64,000 bases of DNA from a candidate division FCPU426 bacterium. Its GTDB lineage: Bacteria; Oederibacteriota; PGYV01; Palsa-1178. The translations under genes were made by a program, and so were the position numbers. The notes below the pieces were generated by a model. It was not told where the DNA came from. It saw nothing but the letters and a program-made list of their open reading frames with translations, and searched no databases. The stretch spans positions 1 to 64,000 of the forward strand of contig CAWIXE010000002.1 in NCBI GenBank assembly GCA_963840035.1, read 5' to 3'. Of the stretch, positions 54,248 through 64,000 are shown piece after piece (within the stretch, counting starts at the first letter, position 1; each line of letters opens with the position of its first letter).

Positions 54248-54271
54248 GTAGGGGCGATTCATGAATCGCCC
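54248..54271 (+). repeat. REP-like palindrome (GTAG class)
   Basis: GTAG-GGGCGATTCA-TGAATCGCCC. Confidence 0.8.
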
Positions 54272-54310
54272 GCACTAAAAAGCGGGAATAGAACGCTGCA
54301 CGTATGTTCT

Positions 54311-54430
54311 TGTAGAGAGGGGGCTTGCCCCCTCTCAGACGAAGAGCCAGCTTTGAGCCGCAGCCATTCGATATGTATATGCCATGAGTATATTGTAGAG
54401 CTCATGGCATATGCAAGCGGCGGCTCTACA
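54311..54430 (+). repeat. Composite REP-like element, copy C
   Basis: GTAGAGAGGGGGCTTGCCCCCTCTC, then GAGCCGC..CCATTCGATATGTATATGCCATGAG..CTCATGGCATATG..GCGGCTCTAC. Confidence 0.85.
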
Positions 54431-54450
54431 AAAAATATAAAAGGAACCCA

Positions 54451-55845
54451 ATGGAAAAAATAGTGTTTGCCGTTGTTTTGTCCGTGTTTTTCATGTTGTT
54501 CATCGCCGCTTACCTGGCGGCAGGTGTACTTCCTCCTGAGCGCTGTATTGACTGGACAACCGCGGGCATTCCGGGCGGGTTTAAGGACTATCCTGTCTCG
54601 GTCAATGTAATGGATTTCGGGGCAAAGGCTGACGGCAAGACAGACGATTCAAAGGCTCTTATGGACGCCATAGCAGACGCGAAAAACAATACGGCAGTAT
54701 TCATCCCGGCAGGGACATACCTTATTAAAAATCCGATAACTTTCGGTAAATCCATAGTCTTAAGAGGCGCGGGCAAGGATAAGACTTTCCTCGTATTTGA
54801 CTTTGCCGGAAACCCGGCAAAAGACGCCATAAATATTTCCGCGGATAACAGCGGGGAATGGGTGGAAATAATATCCGGGTATGAAAAGGGTTCTGAAAAA
54901 ATACTTGTGGACAGCGGCGGGGAATTCACGGAAGGCGGATTTGCAGAACTTTGCCAGGACAACGACCCGGAAGCCATGTACACCTCGTCAAACTGGAACC
55001 AGCCATGGGCGCAGAATGTCTGCGGCCAGCTCTTTAAGGTTGAAAAAGTAAACGGCAATGAAATATTCATGGACGAACCGCTTCATCTTGATTATAAGAA
55101 GGCGCTGAACGTAAGGGTGAGGCCTGTTTCCATGGTAATTGGGGCAGGGGTAGAGGCGCTTGCCTTAAAGCGTATTGATAAGGGCGACGCGAACATGATA
55201 ACGGTAAAATACGGGGCGTATTGCCGGATAAAGGACATTGAAAGCGAATACATATTAAGGACGCACGCCGCCCTTGAGTCATCATATAAGTGCGAAGTCA
55301 TTGGCAGCACTTTCCACCACGCCCATGATTACGGCGGCGGGGGCCATGGCTATGGAGTGGAACTTAAGCACAGGACAAACAACTGCCTGGTCGAGGGTAA
55401 TACTTTTTACACCCTGCGCCATTCCATGATGGTGCACTTAGGCGCGAACGGCAATGTCTTCGGATATAACATCTCCACGGACCCTGTAGCCACGGGGGAC
55501 CACACTCCTGGAACGATGATTTGCGACGTATCCATCCACGGCCATTACCCGTATATGAACCTTTTTGAGGGCAATACGGTGCAGAAGATAGAGGTGTCCG
55601 ATTACTGGGGCCCGTCAGGCCCGGGAAACACATTTTTTCGCAATATAATAAAAACGGAAGTTATTGTAAATGAACAGTCGCCATATCAGAATTTTTTATA
55701 TAATGCCGTTGAAAATGAAGGGCGTGAATTGTTGATTAGAGAAGATTCTGTCATTAATACCATTGTCGACACCGGAAATTCATTTGGAGCAGGGAAAAAT
55801 CCAATAAAAACGGCGGTTAAATCGCTTTACAAAAAGGCAAAGTGA
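54451..55845 (+). CDS. Secreted right-handed beta-helix protein (pectate-lyase-like/GH28-related)
   Basis: DWTTAGIPGG, VNVMDFGAKADGKTDDSKAL..AI..VFIPAGTY..VLRGAG, GGGGHGYGV, NLFEGN. Confidence 0.85.
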   Translation: MEKIVFAVVLSVFFMLFIAAYLAAGVLPPERCIDWTTAGIPGGFKDYPVSVNVMDFGAKADGKTDDSKALMDAIADAKNNTAVFIPAGTYLIKNPITFGKSIVLRGAGKDKTFLVFDFAGNPAKDAINISADNSGEWVEIISGYEKGSEKILVDSGGEFTEGGFAELCQDNDPEAMYTSSNWNQPWAQNVCGQLFKVEKVNGNEIFMDEPLHLDYKKALNVRVRPVSMVIGAGVEALALKRIDKGDANMITVKYGAYCRIKDIESEYILRTHAALESSYKCEVIGSTFHHAHDYGGGGHGYGVELKHRTNNCLVEGNTFYTLRHSMMVHLGANGNVFGYNISTDPVATGDHTPGTMICDVSIHGHYPYMNLFEGNTVQKIEVSDYWGPSGPGNTFFRNIIKTEVIVNEQSPYQNFLYNAVENEGRELLIREDSVINTIVDTGNSFGAGKNPIKTAVKSLYKKAK

Positions 55846-55933
55846 CATTTTCCCAGTGCGGTCCTGCCTTTTGCCTTATAATAATACTCAATTAGTGGTA
55901 TTTCAGACTGTGAAACGCAATGTTAAATTTGTA

Positions 55934-55962
55934 TTGAAAAAAAAATAAAACTATTGTATTAT
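55934..55962 (+). promoter_or_regulatory. Candidate sigma70 promoter for the DUF151-atp operon
   Basis: TTGAAA-17bp-TATTAT in an AT-rich gap. Confidence 0.5.
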
Positions 55963-56011
55963 CAGTTTTGTTATTTTAAACGCTCAACAAAGCGGTCAGG
56001 AGTTTTATATA

Positions 56012-56494
56012 ATGATTGAGATGAAAGTAAACGGACTGGCCATAGACAGCGCGTCAAAAATGCCTGTTGTAATACTGACTGACAAGGAAGAAAAACGGTT
56101 CTTACCAATATGGATAGGCGTATACGAGGCGGACGCGATACTTGTCGCGATTGAGTCGATAGAAGTCCCCCGCCCCATGACGCATGACCTGATTAAAGCC
56201 ATCCTTGAAACCATGGACGCGGCGGTGGAGCGGGTTGCCATCACAGAGATTACAAACAACACCTTTTTCGCCAAAATATACCTTTTAAAGGACGGCAAGG
56301 AAAAGGAAGTGGATTCCAGGCCCTCTGACGCGATTGCGCTTGCGTTAAGGATGGGAGCGCCCATATTTGTCTCGGAAAATGTCATCATGGAAGCGACTAT
56401 CATGGACAAGGACAAGTATGAGAAGGAAATGAAGGAATTCAAGGATTTTTTAAAAGAAGTCAAACCCTCTGATTTTAATAATTATAAGGAATAG
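56012..56494 (+). CDS. Bifunctional nuclease family protein (DUF151)
   Basis: LPIWIG..EA.AI, PRPMTHDL, DSRPSDAIALALR. Confidence 0.93.
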   Translation: MIEMKVNGLAIDSASKMPVVILTDKEEKRFLPIWIGVYEADAILVAIESIEVPRPMTHDLIKAILETMDAAVERVAITEITNNTFFAKIYLLKDGKEKEVDSRPSDAIALALRMGAPIFVSENVIMEATIMDKDKYEKEMKEFKDFLKEVKPSDFNNYKE

Positions 56495-56499
56495 CGGAT

Positions 56500-56718
56500 A
56501 TGAAAGAGGAAAACAGGGAACTGCTCCGCAAGACAGGGGAGCTCGGGGCCCTGGGATTTACCCTGGTACTCCTGACTTTTTTGGGGCTCGGCGCCGGGAT
56601 TATGCTGGATAAATGGACTAATTTAAAACCGCTCTTTACAATTGTGATGCTGCTCGCCGGCATCGCGGCAGGCTTTTGGTACCTGATATATAAGTTTGGG
56701 CAGCATGGAAAAAAATAA
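56500..56718 (+). CDS. AtpZ/AtpI-family small membrane protein
   Basis: G..LDKW....PLFTIV.LLAGI.AGF pattern; first gene of the atp cluster. Confidence 0.8.
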   Translation: MKEENRELLRKTGELGALGFTLVLLTFLGLGAGIMLDKWTNLKPLFTIVMLLAGIAAGFWYLIYKFGQHGKK

Positions 56719-57073
56719 AAAAGCCATACTCATATCAGGCATAGTGGCGGCGGTAATTTGCGCCGGACTTTATGCGTTCAACGCGAGGCTATCCCTGGGG
56801 ATTCTCGCGGGATACCTGACCGGACTTATAAATTTTTTCCTTATAGCGTCACAGGTAAAGAAAATGCTCGGGAGCGAAGGCGCGGCCGCGGCAAAAGTGA
56901 CGGCAGGATCGTTCTTTTACTTTTTAAGATTGCTTGGCGCCGCGGCGGTCATAGCGGCGGTTGTAATTAACGCGAAACACTTTTCAATAGCGGGATTTCT
57001 GGCCGGTTTTACGGCATATGTAGCGGTGATGATAACGGTACACGCGGTAAGCGCAAGAAAAACTGACAAATAA
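56705..57073 (+). CDS. atpI: ATP synthase subunit I-like protein
   Basis: Four TM helices, G...G.INF and Y..R pattern, directly before atpB. Confidence 0.7.
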   Translation: MEKNKKAILISGIVAAVICAGLYAFNARLSLGILAGYLTGLINFFLIASQVKKMLGSEGAAAAKVTAGSFFYFLRLLGAAAVIAAVVINAKHFSIAGFLAGFTAYVAVMITVHAVSARKTDK

Positions 57074-57086
57074 AACAGGTGATTCA

Positions 57087-57875
57087 ATGGAAGAAGCAAT
57101 ATTACTGGAAGGAAACTTACTTTTATTTGGCCTTGACGAGAAATCATCCATGACTATCTATATGGTAGTCCTCGACATGCTAATTGTCGCGTTTATTATC
57201 TGGCTCGGGTCTATTAACAAGAAGAGAAGGCCGGGAGGCGCTCAGAACCTGGTTGAGTGGACCGTTACTTACATATGCAATTATGCGGACTCCATAATCG
57301 GCGAGAAAGACGCGCCGCGTTATTACGCGCTTTTAGTCATGCTTTTCCTGTATATCTTTGTCGGGAACTTAATCGGGCTTGTTCCGGGACTTGTCTCGCC
57401 GACTTCGTCTCTTTCGGTTACCGTCACCCTTGCCGTAGGCGTGTGGCTTTATACGTGGTTTGAAGGTTTGACGCGCAAGGGGCCTATTAAATTTTTTGCC
57501 CATTACGCCGGGCCTTCAAGCGTTCCTATTGCCATCAGGATACCGCTTTTCTTCATTGAACTCTTATCAGACTTTTCCAGGATGATATCGCTCTCATTCA
57601 GGTTATTCGGAAACATCGTGGCAAAGGAAGTCCTTTTAAGTGTGCTTGTCACGCTTATACTTCTGTTCTGGCCCGTAGTAAAAGACAGCTTTATCAATGG
57701 CATGATATTTTCGATAGCCGCGGTGCTTCGTCCGCTTATTATCTGGCTCGGCGTGCTGGTGAGCTTAATCCAGGCCGGAGTTTTCACACTGCTTACGGCG
57801 ACATACATAGCCGGAGCGGCGGTATCGCACGAAGAGCATTCAGCTGAAGATGAGAAACATCACATAAACGTATAA
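57087..57875 (+). CDS. atpB: F0 subunit a
   Basis: [32 protein letters not shown]. Confidence 0.95.
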   Translation: MEEAILLEGNLLLFGLDEKSSMTIYMVVLDMLIVAFIIWLGSINKKRRPGGAQNLVEWTVTYICNYADSIIGEKDAPRYYALLVMLFLYIFVGNLIGLVPGLVSPTSSLSVTVTLAVGVWLYTWFEGLTRKGPIKFFAHYAGPSSVPIAIRIPLFFIELLSDFSRMISLSFRLFGNIVAKEVLLSVLVTLILLFWPVVKDSFINGMIFSIAAVLRPLIIWLGVLVSLIQAGVFTLLTATYIAGAAVSHEEHSAEDEKHHINV

Positions 57876-57897
57876 TAATAAACCAGGAGGTGAAAGT

Positions 57898-58281
57898 ATG
57901 AAAAAGTTAGCAAAGGTATTATTGGCAGTGATTTGTGTTCTTTCGTTGGCGTCTTTTGTTTTAGCGGCTGAACCTGCGGCAACAACCGAAGGCGCGGCTG
58001 TAGCGCAGAAAGCTGACAGCGGAAGCGTCCAGTTTTTCGCGTTCTCAGCGCTTGCTGCGGCACTTGGCGTAGGCATCGGCGCGTTAGGATGCGGCATCGG
58101 ACAGGGAATCGCCACTTCAAAAGCATGCGAAGGCGTAGCACGTCAGCCTGAAGCTGCTTCGAAGATCCAGGGTGTTCTGATCCTCGGACTGGCTATTATC
58201 GAGTCTCTCACGATTTACGCCCTTGTTATCGGTCTGATCCTGCTTTACGCAAATCCGTTACAGAAGTTTTTTATATCATAA
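57898..58281 (+). CDS. atpE: F0 subunit c with an N-terminal signal-like extension
   Basis: [27 protein letters not shown]. Confidence 0.95.
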   Translation: MKKLAKVLLAVICVLSLASFVLAAEPAATTEGAAVAQKADSGSVQFFAFSALAAALGVGIGALGCGIGQGIATSKACEGVARQPEAASKIQGVLILGLAIIESLTIYALVIGLILLYANPLQKFFIS

Positions 58282-58288
58282 TAGTAAA

Positions 58289-58308
58289 TGCGGGCCGTAT
58301 GGCCCGCA
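58289..58308 (+). other. GC-rich hairpin after atpE
   Basis: TGCGGGCC-GTAT-GGCCCGCA, no U-tract. Confidence 0.6.
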
Positions 58309-58408
58309 CGGCTTTATAACAATTTTAAATTTGAAATTTTGAATTTGAAATTGGCGAGAAAGAACTTGGGCTTTGAGCTTTGGGCTCTTGCCCTCAACGG
58401 AGGTTACA

Positions 58409-58903
58409 ATGGTAGATGTTAAATGGGAAATAGTGCTGGTACAGCTGATTACTTTTCTCGTGGGAATGTGGTTCGTATGGAACTCCATGATAAAAGCGCT
58501 CATAAAGACCATCAAGGAAAGGGGCGAGTACATCAAATCGACCCTGGATAAAGTTGAAAAGGACAAGGCTGACATAGAGGCCATGAAGGTTGATTATGAA
58601 AAAAAGATGCATGAAATGCAGTCTCAGGCATCGGCCGCGCTCAATAAGGCCATGGCTGACGGCGAGAAGATCAGGGAATCCCTCGTGGACGAGGCTAAAA
58701 AGGAAGGCATAAAGCTTATCACCGAGGCGAAGTCCGAGATAGAAGCTGAGAAAAGAAAGGCCATAGAGGAAGTAAAGAACACCATAGTGGACATCTCCAT
58801 GATGGCCGCCGAGAAAGCCATAAAGAAAAAGATAACGAAAAAGGACCAGATATCGATGGTGGACGAGTATATAAAAGAAATCGGCAAGACATCCAATAAT
58901 TAA
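58409..58903 (+). CDS. atpF: F0 subunit b
   Basis: One N-terminal TM helix, ER..I and a long coiled coil; GGAGG RBS. Confidence 0.93.
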   Translation: MVDVKWEIVLVQLITFLVGMWFVWNSMIKALIKTIKERGEYIKSTLDKVEKDKADIEAMKVDYEKKMHEMQSQASAALNKAMADGEKIRESLVDEAKKEGIKLITEAKSEIEAEKRKAIEEVKNTIVDISMMAAEKAIKKKITKKDQISMVDEYIKEIGKTSNN

Positions 58904-58918
58904 GGAGAGATGGCATAA

Positions 58919-59585
58919 ATGGCAAATTTAGTACTCCCTTCAAAATACGCGGAAGCGCTCTACAAGGCGGCAGTTGACGCAAACTCGCTTCATGCGGTTA
59001 CGGAAGAGTTAAAGTCCATAAGGGACATCATAGTTTCAAACCCGAAATTAAAAAGCGTCCTGATGCACCCGGGCATAAGCAAAGCGGAAAAGTCAGATAT
59101 GATTAAATCCCTTTTCGGCGAGAAGGTTTCAAAGCTTCTCGCTGAGGCTCATGCTTCTGCTCGTGGAAAAGAAAAGGGAAAATATTTTTGAGGACATTTG
59201 CGCCCTGTTCATACAAAAAGTGGACGAGGCGGGCGGGTTAAAGAAAATTACCATAGAGACCGCGTTCCCGCTGGAAGAAGAGGAAAAGGCGAAATTGATA
59301 GCCAGGCTGGAAAAGGCCATGGATAAAAAGCTGGTTGTGGATACAAAGGTAAACCCGGCCATACTCGGCGGCATCATAATAAGGGAGCGCATGAGGCAGA
59401 TAGACGCTTCCGTAATCCAGTTCTTAAGGTCCATGAGGGCGGACCTTACCGCGATCAAAGCGGTTAAAGTGAAAAAGCCCGTTAAAAAAACCGCGGCAAA
59501 AAAAGCCGCCTTAAAAAAAGAGGCAAAAAAATCAGTTAAAAAACCGGCCGCTAAAAAAACCGCGCCGAAAAAGAAGAAAAAATAA
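58919..59585 (+). CDS. atpH: F1 subunit delta, frameshifted near 59138, with a Lys/Ala-rich C-terminal tail
   Basis: KYAEALY..HP.I in the first ORF; LLVEKKRE..VNPAILGGIII..IDASV in the second; removing one base near 59138 joins them. Confidence 0.88.
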
Positions 59586-59641
59586 GCTTTCAATTGAAAA
59601 TTGAAAATATAAAATTCTAAATTTATTCAGGAGGAAAGAGC

Positions 59642-61150
59642 ATGCAGATCAGGCCGGAAGAGATTACGAATATTATAAAGTCCCAGCTGGAGAAATATGA
59701 GGCAAAAGTTGAATTAACCGAGGTCGGCCAGGTAATCTCGGTCGGAGACGGTATAGCCCGCGTGTACGGCCTTGACGGCTGTATGTCGCTGGAGCTTCTC
59801 GAGTTCCCGGGGCCCGTATTCGGCGTGGCGTTAAACCTTGAAAAGGATAACGTCGGCGTTGTTTTGATGGGCGATGATAAAGGCATTAAGGAAGGCGACA
59901 CGGTAAAAAGGACCGGCAGGATTATTTCAGTTCCCGTCGGCGATGAACTTATAGGAAGGGTAGTTAACCCGCTCGGACAGCCTTTGGACGGCAAGGGCCC
60001 GATAACCACCACGAAATTCAGGCCCGTTGAAGTAAAGGCGCCGGGAGTTGTCGACAGGAGCCCGGTTAAAGAACCGCTCCAGACAGGCATAAAAGCCATA
60101 GATGCCATGATCCCCATCGGCCGCGGCCAGAGGGAACTTATCATCGGCGACAGGCAGACCGGAAAAACAGCGGTCGCCATAGACGCCATAATTAACCAGC
60201 GCGGGGGCGATGTCATATGCATCTATGTCGCCATCGGACAGAAGCAGTCAACCGTCGCGAAAGTTGTTAAGACATTGGAAGAGCACGGGGCAATGAAATA
60301 CACTATAGTAGTTACCGCCGGCGCCTCTGACCCTTCGCCCCTTCTTTACATCGCTCCTTACGCGGGAGTTGCCATGGGCGAGGAATTTCAGTACCAGGGC
60401 AAGCACGTGCTTTGCGTATACGACGACCTGTCAAAACACGCTGTCGCATACAGGCAGATGTCGCTGCTCTTAAGAAGGCCGCCGGGACGCGAAGCTTATC
60501 CGGGCGACGTTTTCTATTTACACTCCAGGCTTCTGGAGAGGGCTTCAAAATTAAGCGAGAAACTCGGAGGCGGTTCCATCACGGCGCTTCCCATCATAGA
60601 AACGCAGGCCGGGGATATTTCAGCATACATCCCGACAAACGTCATATCCATCACGGATGGACAGATATTCCTTGAAGCCAATCTTTTCTTCGCGGGAGTC
60701 AGGCCGGCTATTAATGTGGGCCTTTCTGTATCGCGTGTCGGCGGAAACGCGCAGACTAAAGCCATGAAGCAGGTCGCGGGCAAGATGAAGCTCGATATGG
60801 CGCAGTACAGGGAACTCGCGGGATTCGCGCAGTTCGGGTCGGAACTTGACAAGGCATCGCAGGATCAGCTTAACCTTGGCCGCAGAATGGAAGAGATATT
60901 AAAACAGGGCCAGTATGTTCCGCAGGATGTAGCCGACCAGATCATAGTAATATACGCGGCGACCAACAGGTTCTTAGACGACATTCCCGTAGCTGAAGTT
61001 CCGAAATTTGAAGCGGCTCTGACAAAGTTTGTCGACGCAGGCCACAAGGATATCAAGAATGAGATTAAAGAGAAGAAAACACTCAGTGACGACCTTAAGA
61101 AAAAGATAGACAAGGTAATATTGGATTTCAAGGCTACTTATAAAAAATAG
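59642..61150 (+). CDS. atpA: F1 subunit alpha
   Basis: [37 protein letters not shown]. Confidence 0.98.
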   Translation: MQIRPEEITNIIKSQLEKYEAKVELTEVGQVISVGDGIARVYGLDGCMSLELLEFPGPVFGVALNLEKDNVGVVLMGDDKGIKEGDTVKRTGRIISVPVGDELIGRVVNPLGQPLDGKGPITTTKFRPVEVKAPGVVDRSPVKEPLQTGIKAIDAMIPIGRGQRELIIGDRQTGKTAVAIDAIINQRGGDVICIYVAIGQKQSTVAKVVKTLEEHGAMKYTIVVTAGASDPSPLLYIAPYAGVAMGEEFQYQGKHVLCVYDDLSKHAVAYRQMSLLLRRPPGREAYPGDVFYLHSRLLERASKLSEKLGGGSITALPIIETQAGDISAYIPTNVISITDGQIFLEANLFFAGVRPAINVGLSVSRVGGNAQTKAMKQVAGKMKLDMAQYRELAGFAQFGSELDKASQDQLNLGRRMEEILKQGQYVPQDVADQIIVIYAATNRFLDDIPVAEVPKFEAALTKFVDAGHKDIKNEIKEKKTLSDDLKKKIDKVILDFKATYKK

Positions 61151-61256
61151 TTTTAAGATAAAGTGATAGTTTGAAGTTTTAAGATTTAGGGCGGTACAGG
61201 GCAGTATCTTAAAACCCTAAACTTAAAACTTCCAAATCTCGATCTCAGGAGACCAT

Positions 61257-62108
61257 ATGGCAACACTTAGAACGATTAAAAAGAGGATCAAGAGCGCGGG
61301 AAACATACAGCAGATAACCAAGGCCATGAAGATGGTCTCGGCTGCGAAGCTCAGGAAAGCGCAGGACAGGATTATAGCGGCGCGCCCTTATGCTTCCAAG
61401 ATAGAGGAAGTCATAGACGAGCTGATAGTTAATGTCAAATCCGAGAAGGGCAAGTACCCCCTGCTCGAGGAAAATAAAGGCGTTAAAAAAGAGGCGCTGG
61501 TGCTGATCACGGCTGACAAAGGCCTCTGCGGCAGTTTTAACTCGAACCTTGTGAAGGAAGCCATGGCAAGGCTTAAGGAAAATCCGGACGTGGGCCTTTA
61601 CATTATAGGAAAAAAAGGCATGGACGTTTTTAAACGTCTTGGCATGGAAATAGAAAAATTCAAGTATAATGACAAAAATATAGGCTGGATTGACATTGAG
61701 GAATTAAGCGGGGACATGCTGAAGAATTACATAGCGAAAAAGTACGCGAAGATTACCGTCATTTTCAGCGAGTTCCAGTCGTCGCTCCAGCAAAAAATAG
61801 TAAAAAAGCAGATTGCGCCCGTGGTTTTCGAGACAAAAGGCGCTGTTGCCAGGGACTTCATATACGAACCGGAAGAAACCGAAGTTTTAAACGCGCTTCT
61901 TCTGCGCTATGTAAAAACGCAGTTATACAGGGCCGTGCTTGAGAACCAGACTTCTGAACAGGGAGTCAGGATGGTATCCATGGAAATGGCGACAAATAAC
62001 GCCAAAGACATGATACGCTCGCTTACGCTGCTGGCAAACAAGACGCGCCAGGCGCAGATAACGAAGGAAATACTCGAGATCGTATCGGGAGCGGAAGCGA
62101 TAAAGTAA
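61257..62108 (+). CDS. atpG: F1 subunit gamma
   Basis: ITKAMKMVSAAK, DKGLCG, RQAQITKEILEIVSGA. Confidence 0.98.
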   Translation: MATLRTIKKRIKSAGNIQQITKAMKMVSAAKLRKAQDRIIAARPYASKIEEVIDELIVNVKSEKGKYPLLEENKGVKKEALVLITADKGLCGSFNSNLVKEAMARLKENPDVGLYIIGKKGMDVFKRLGMEIEKFKYNDKNIGWIDIEELSGDMLKNYIAKKYAKITVIFSEFQSSLQQKIVKKQIAPVVFETKGAVARDFIYEPEETEVLNALLLRYVKTQLYRAVLENQTSEQGVRMVSMEMATNNAKDMIRSLTLLANKTRQAQITKEILEIVSGAEAIK

Positions 62109-62203
62109 GTTCGAAGGGTGGAGGGTGGAGTTCGGAGTTCAACCGGACCTGCCACAAGCCCTAAAAAATAAAAATGTCGGATGTGCCGTTGTCCGGGAGT
62201 TAA

Positions 62204-63664
<1,461 letters not shown>

Positions 63665-63676
63665 GGCGGAAAACAA

Positions 63677-64000
63677 ATGGCCAAATTGATGCAGATAGAC
63701 ATAGTGACGCCGGAGAAGAAAATATTTGACGGCAAGATAAAGGAACTGACAGCCCCGGGCATAAACGGCGAGTTCGGCGTATTGCCGGATCACGCCCCGT
63801 TCGCCACGGTTCTTGAACCCGGCGTTATTACTTTGTTCCTTGAAAATGGCACGCAGGACATGATGGCGGTATCAGGCGGTTACATAGAGGTTACCAGGGA
63901 AAAAGTGGTCCTTCTTGTGGAAACAGCCGAGCACGCCGAAGAAGTTGATGTGGATACTTTAAAGAGAAGGAAAGACGAGAAGGAAAGGCTCTTAAAGTCA
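63677..64000 (+). CDS. atpC: F1 subunit epsilon (truncated by the window end)
   Basis: MAKLMQIDIVTPEK..PGINGEFGVLPDHAPF..AVSGGYIEV. Confidence 0.93.
   Translation, partial: MAKLMQIDIVTPEKKIFDGKIKELTAPGINGEFGVLPDHAPFATVLEPGVITLFLENGTQDMMAVSGGYIEVTREKVVLLVETAEHAEEVDVDTLKRRKDEKERLLKS

Noticed and set aside
21085..59138. Programmed frameshifting or true pseudogenes at the giant gene, argJ and atpH
   Set aside because: Three isolated one-base indels in otherwise intact genes, including an ATP synthase subunit, fit sequencing error better; this cannot be settled without reads.

Overview
A 64-kb chromosomal segment from a diderm bacterium, with every credible gene on the + strand. The gene content (Thr-rich proteins with C-terminal FlgD-Ig/T9SS-like sorting domains, a PorV/PorQ-like barrel, a SurA cluster) resembles candidate phyla such as Goldiibacteriota/Firestonebacteria; that assignment is inference only. 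Positions 1-23686 are the 3' part of one giant surface-protein gene (>7,800 aa in the window). It is built from ~115-aa Ig-like modules grouped in a 7-module, 2424-bp super-repeat, ends in a sorting-type domain, and is followed directly by a PorV-like barrel/FN3 gene and a terminator. The rest holds a GAF/HD-GYP protein, hisG, pgi, DUF1015, rarA, two more sorting-domain proteins, a small operon with two apparently inactivated nuclease folds, three SurA/PrsA-type chaperones, argC-argJ, an orphan YefM-like antitoxin, a MORN-repeat protein, an NSS transporter with a tiny partner ORF, a beta-helix protein and the atp operon (atpC cut by the window end). Best leads: (1) the giant cargo/PorV-like pairing; (2) about a dozen intergenic 7-mer tandem arrays, often as inverted arms running from a stop codon to the next RBS; (3) composite REP-like elements with a nested hairpin; (4) the pseudo-nuclease operon; (5) AtpH with a histone-like tail. 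Several single-base frameshifts are probably sequencing errors.
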